A stretch of 64,000 bases of DNA from Nemertoderma westbladi (lineage: Eukaryota > Animalia > Xenacoelomorpha), in assembly GCA_032718475.1 (NCBI GenBank), contig JAUCBJ010007028.1, forward strand, positions 1 through 64,000, written 5' to 3'. The notes under the pieces are model-generated. The model was not told the origin of the DNA. It was given only the letters and a program-made list of their open reading frames with translations, and searched no databases. Both the position numbers and the translations under genes were made by a program. Shown here piece by piece: positions 61,253 through 64,000 of the stretch; within the stretch, counting starts at the first letter, position 1, and each line of letters starts with the position of its first letter.

Positions 61253-62162
61253 TAACTTCTACCTACTTACTGCGTACCTATTATGTACTATTATTTTTAT
61301 TTTTATTTTTATTTTCTTTATTTTGTGTGGGAAGGGCGTCTCGCCCTCAATCCCACCCCCCTCAGTCCAAAACTTGGACGACTAAACTCCTCTCTCACTC
61401 TGCTCTAAGTTGCTTCCTCTAGTAGACAGCACTTCCCTACAGCCCTTCTGTAGGTCTTCCTGTCTTCCGCACCTATCTTGCCACCTATCCGTACTTCTAC
61501 CGATCGGACTATTCCGTCCTCATCGGAGTAAGTGCCTACAACTCTCGCCAACCGCCACTGGTTGTTGATGATAGTATCATCTGTGACGATCACGAGATCA
61601 CCCTCCTTTAACTCTCTGTTCGTCTTCCTCCACTTGCTTCTTCTCTGGAGCGTGGGTAGGTATTCCTCAACCCACCTCCTCCAATACTCTGCGCTTATCG
61701 CCTTGACGACTTTCCAACTCTGGCGGGAGTGTATGTCATCTGGGTCTATACCCAGCTTATCGATGGTCGCTGGCCTTTCCATCAGGAAATGGCTGGGCGT
61801 CAGCACGTCTAGTGACTCAGGGTCATCATTCTCTGAATATAGCGGTCTGCTATTAATGATACCCTCACACTTTGCAAGTACTGTTCTCAGCACGTCCTCT
61901 GTAACCATATGGGTGTTCATCAACTTTGTCAAAAGACGCTTCGAACTACCCACGAGTCTCTCGACGCATCCTAGGGTATGCGGTGCATACGGCGTCCTCA
62001 TCTCCCACTTTACTTGTCGTCGTCTAATGGCTGCCCTGACTTCCTCCCCTTCCAAGACGTCCAAGGCCTCTGCCATCTCGTTCTCTGCTCCCACAAAGTT
62101 GGTTCCGTTGTCGGAGTATATTACTGCGATCGTCCCACCTTTGCGGTCTCTGAACCTTTCTA

Positions 62163-62490
62163 AGGCATTAATGAATGCCGATGCAGTTGCATCTTGGGCG
62201 AGTTCTATCCCTACCACCCACGTGTTGTTACATACGAAGATAATACCGTAGCGTTTTTCCGTGTGCCGTATCACCTTGATCTGTATCGGCCTGAACATGT
62301 CCACACCACAATGTGTAAATGGCATTAATAGGCATTAATGAATGCCGATGCAGTTGCATCTTGGGCGAGTTCTATCCCTACCACCCACGTGTTGTTACAT
62401 ACGAAGATAATACCGTAGCGTTTCTCCGTGTGCCGTATCACCTTGATCTGTATCAGCCTGAACATGTCCACACCGCAATGCGTAAATGGC
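62163..62490. repeat. Tandem duplication (period 167 bp) that frameshifts the BEL-3 integrase
   Basis: aggcattaatgaatgcc...gtaaatggc occurs at 62163 and 62330. Confidence 0.95.
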
Positions 62491-64000
62491 GGTTCGTGCT
62501 GTCTTACCCTACTCGCCGGTAGTGGTGCCATCTCCTGTATGGCTCGCTCCTTCTTCGCTTGTCGGCAGGTCTGGCACTGCCCCACTACCGCTTTTACCTT
62601 CTTCCTCAACTGTTTGACCCAAAAGGTCCTCCGTATCTCCGTGAGGGTTCGGTTGGTGCCCTTGTGCAATATCGACTTGTGGGAGTCCCAGATAATCTGG
62701 TGGACTATCGGCGATCCTGTGGGGGTGATGATGGGTTTGGTGGTACAACGATGCTGTTGTTGTATCCCACCCTAGAGTTCATTACTAGAATCCCGTCATC
62801 ATTAAGTTGTGGTGACAGCGTGATCAGATCGCTGTCCCGTCGGAGATGCTGTAGTTTACCGACATGTTCCACCTCGTTGCCATAGTTCTTCCGTTGTTCA
62901 TAGCGGATGACTGCTCTGGCCGCTTCCAAATCTATTGTTGTCCTAATCTTTATGTCTTTGCCAACTCACGCGAGGAAATTCCCGAAGGCTCTCCAGTACG
63001 CCACTAATTTCTTGGTCTTGTACCAACTAGAGCTGTAGCTGAGGAGTTTATTCGTCGGGTTATCGCACAGTTCTCCTGGTTTTGGTTGCACGTCCCTTAT
63101 CTCCCTCACCATCTGGGAGTATATCTCTTCTCCCTCTGAATCTCCCTCTTCTCCCTCTAATACTGCTTCTCCTGAGCCCGGGTCCACCTTTCTCATCGGC
63201 GGCCAGGCCTCCTTGTCCCACAGAAACTGTGGCCCATGTTGCCACAATACTTCCTTTTTTAAGAAAGTGTGGCGTGCCACGCCCCTTGATAACAAGTCTG
63301 CTGGGTTCTTGTCCGTAGGGCAGTAGTGCCACCTTTCTAGTTCTGTCATTGCCCTTATTTCGTCCACTCTATTTGTGACGAATATAGGGTATCTCGTTTT
63401 CTCGTTATGTAGCCAGCCAAGCACTACCATGGAATCTGTCCAGTAGTGTGTCTCCACTATGTTGGGAATAGCGTCCATTATGTAGGCTGTGGCCCTAACT
63501 CCCATCCTCACAGCTGTCAATTCAAGTTTGGGAACCGATGCTAAATCTGGTGGCGTTGACTTTGCCTTGCTGAAGGCAAGTCTGGGCTTGTGAGGCCGCT
63601 CTCGTTGTGCTAAATAGAGTGCCGCTCCGTATGCCTCTAGTGACGCATCAGAGAACATGTGCAGATCCAGGTTCGTCATGTCCCCATCCGGGAAATACAC
63701 TCGTGGCATGCTGTATGTTCCCATCTGCTCCAAACCTTCTGTCCACTTGCACCACTGTTTCCTGATCTCTTCTGGTACCTCTACGTCCCACTCATCCTTC
63801 AGTTTGTATACTCTTTTGAGTATCTGTTTTCCCGTGACTAGTAGTGGGGATGCTAGGCCTAGGGGATTGTATATCCTTGCTATGTACGACACATAGCCCC
63901 TCTTTGTGTGGATGTCTGCGCCCTCCTGGCTCAACTGGTACTTCAGTTCATCTGTCTCTCTTTTCCACACGATTCCCAGTGCCTTCTGTTGAGACTCTAT

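Larger units (their letters stand above)
59096..64000 (-). mobile_element. BEL/Pao LTR retrotransposon 3 (3' part; continues beyond the window)
   Basis: HMFSDAS, VPKLEL, NPADLLSRG (62966-63970); integrase PFTHCGVD, SDNGTNF, NSRPL, DGIVRSV (61405-62669). Confidence 0.92.

Noticed and set aside
61532-62251. 239-aa antisense ORF over the BEL-3 integrase (and similar antisense ORFs over other pol genes)
   Set aside because: Shadow frames of the coding strand with no recognisable motifs.

Overview
This is repeat-dense eukaryotic (most likely invertebrate metazoan) DNA made of nested transposable elements. No bacterial features, rRNA or CRISPR array were found. Main contents: (1) three unrelated BEL/Pao LTR retrotransposons at about 1-11.4 kb (minus), 36-51.8 kb (plus) and 59.1-64 kb (minus, running off the window); (2) a ~9.4 kb CMC/EnSpm-type DNA transposon with an uninterrupted 757-aa transposase ORF and a second, 7-exon DUF4806-like gene that I could splice by hand into a 410-aa open frame; (3) decayed LINEs (RTE, an APE-RT LINE, Crack/L2-like fragments); (4) piggyBac-type MITEs and a foldback element; (5) a SMARCAD1 helicase fragment fused to a 27-bp minisatellite; (6) an orphan PC4-like ORF. 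The most notable observation is that the plus-strand BEL/Pao element carries a ~4 kb accessory frame in the env position, between integrase and the PPT/3' LTR. Reconstructed across a frameshift and stops, it shows a DEDDy (WRN/EXD/RNase D-like) 3'-5' exonuclease domain and Zn-knuckle motifs. Its N-terminal CxxC...CxxH-x3-RY motif also appears in the 3' accessory ORF of the unrelated minus-strand BEL element. All assignments come from reading motifs by eye; no database searches were run.
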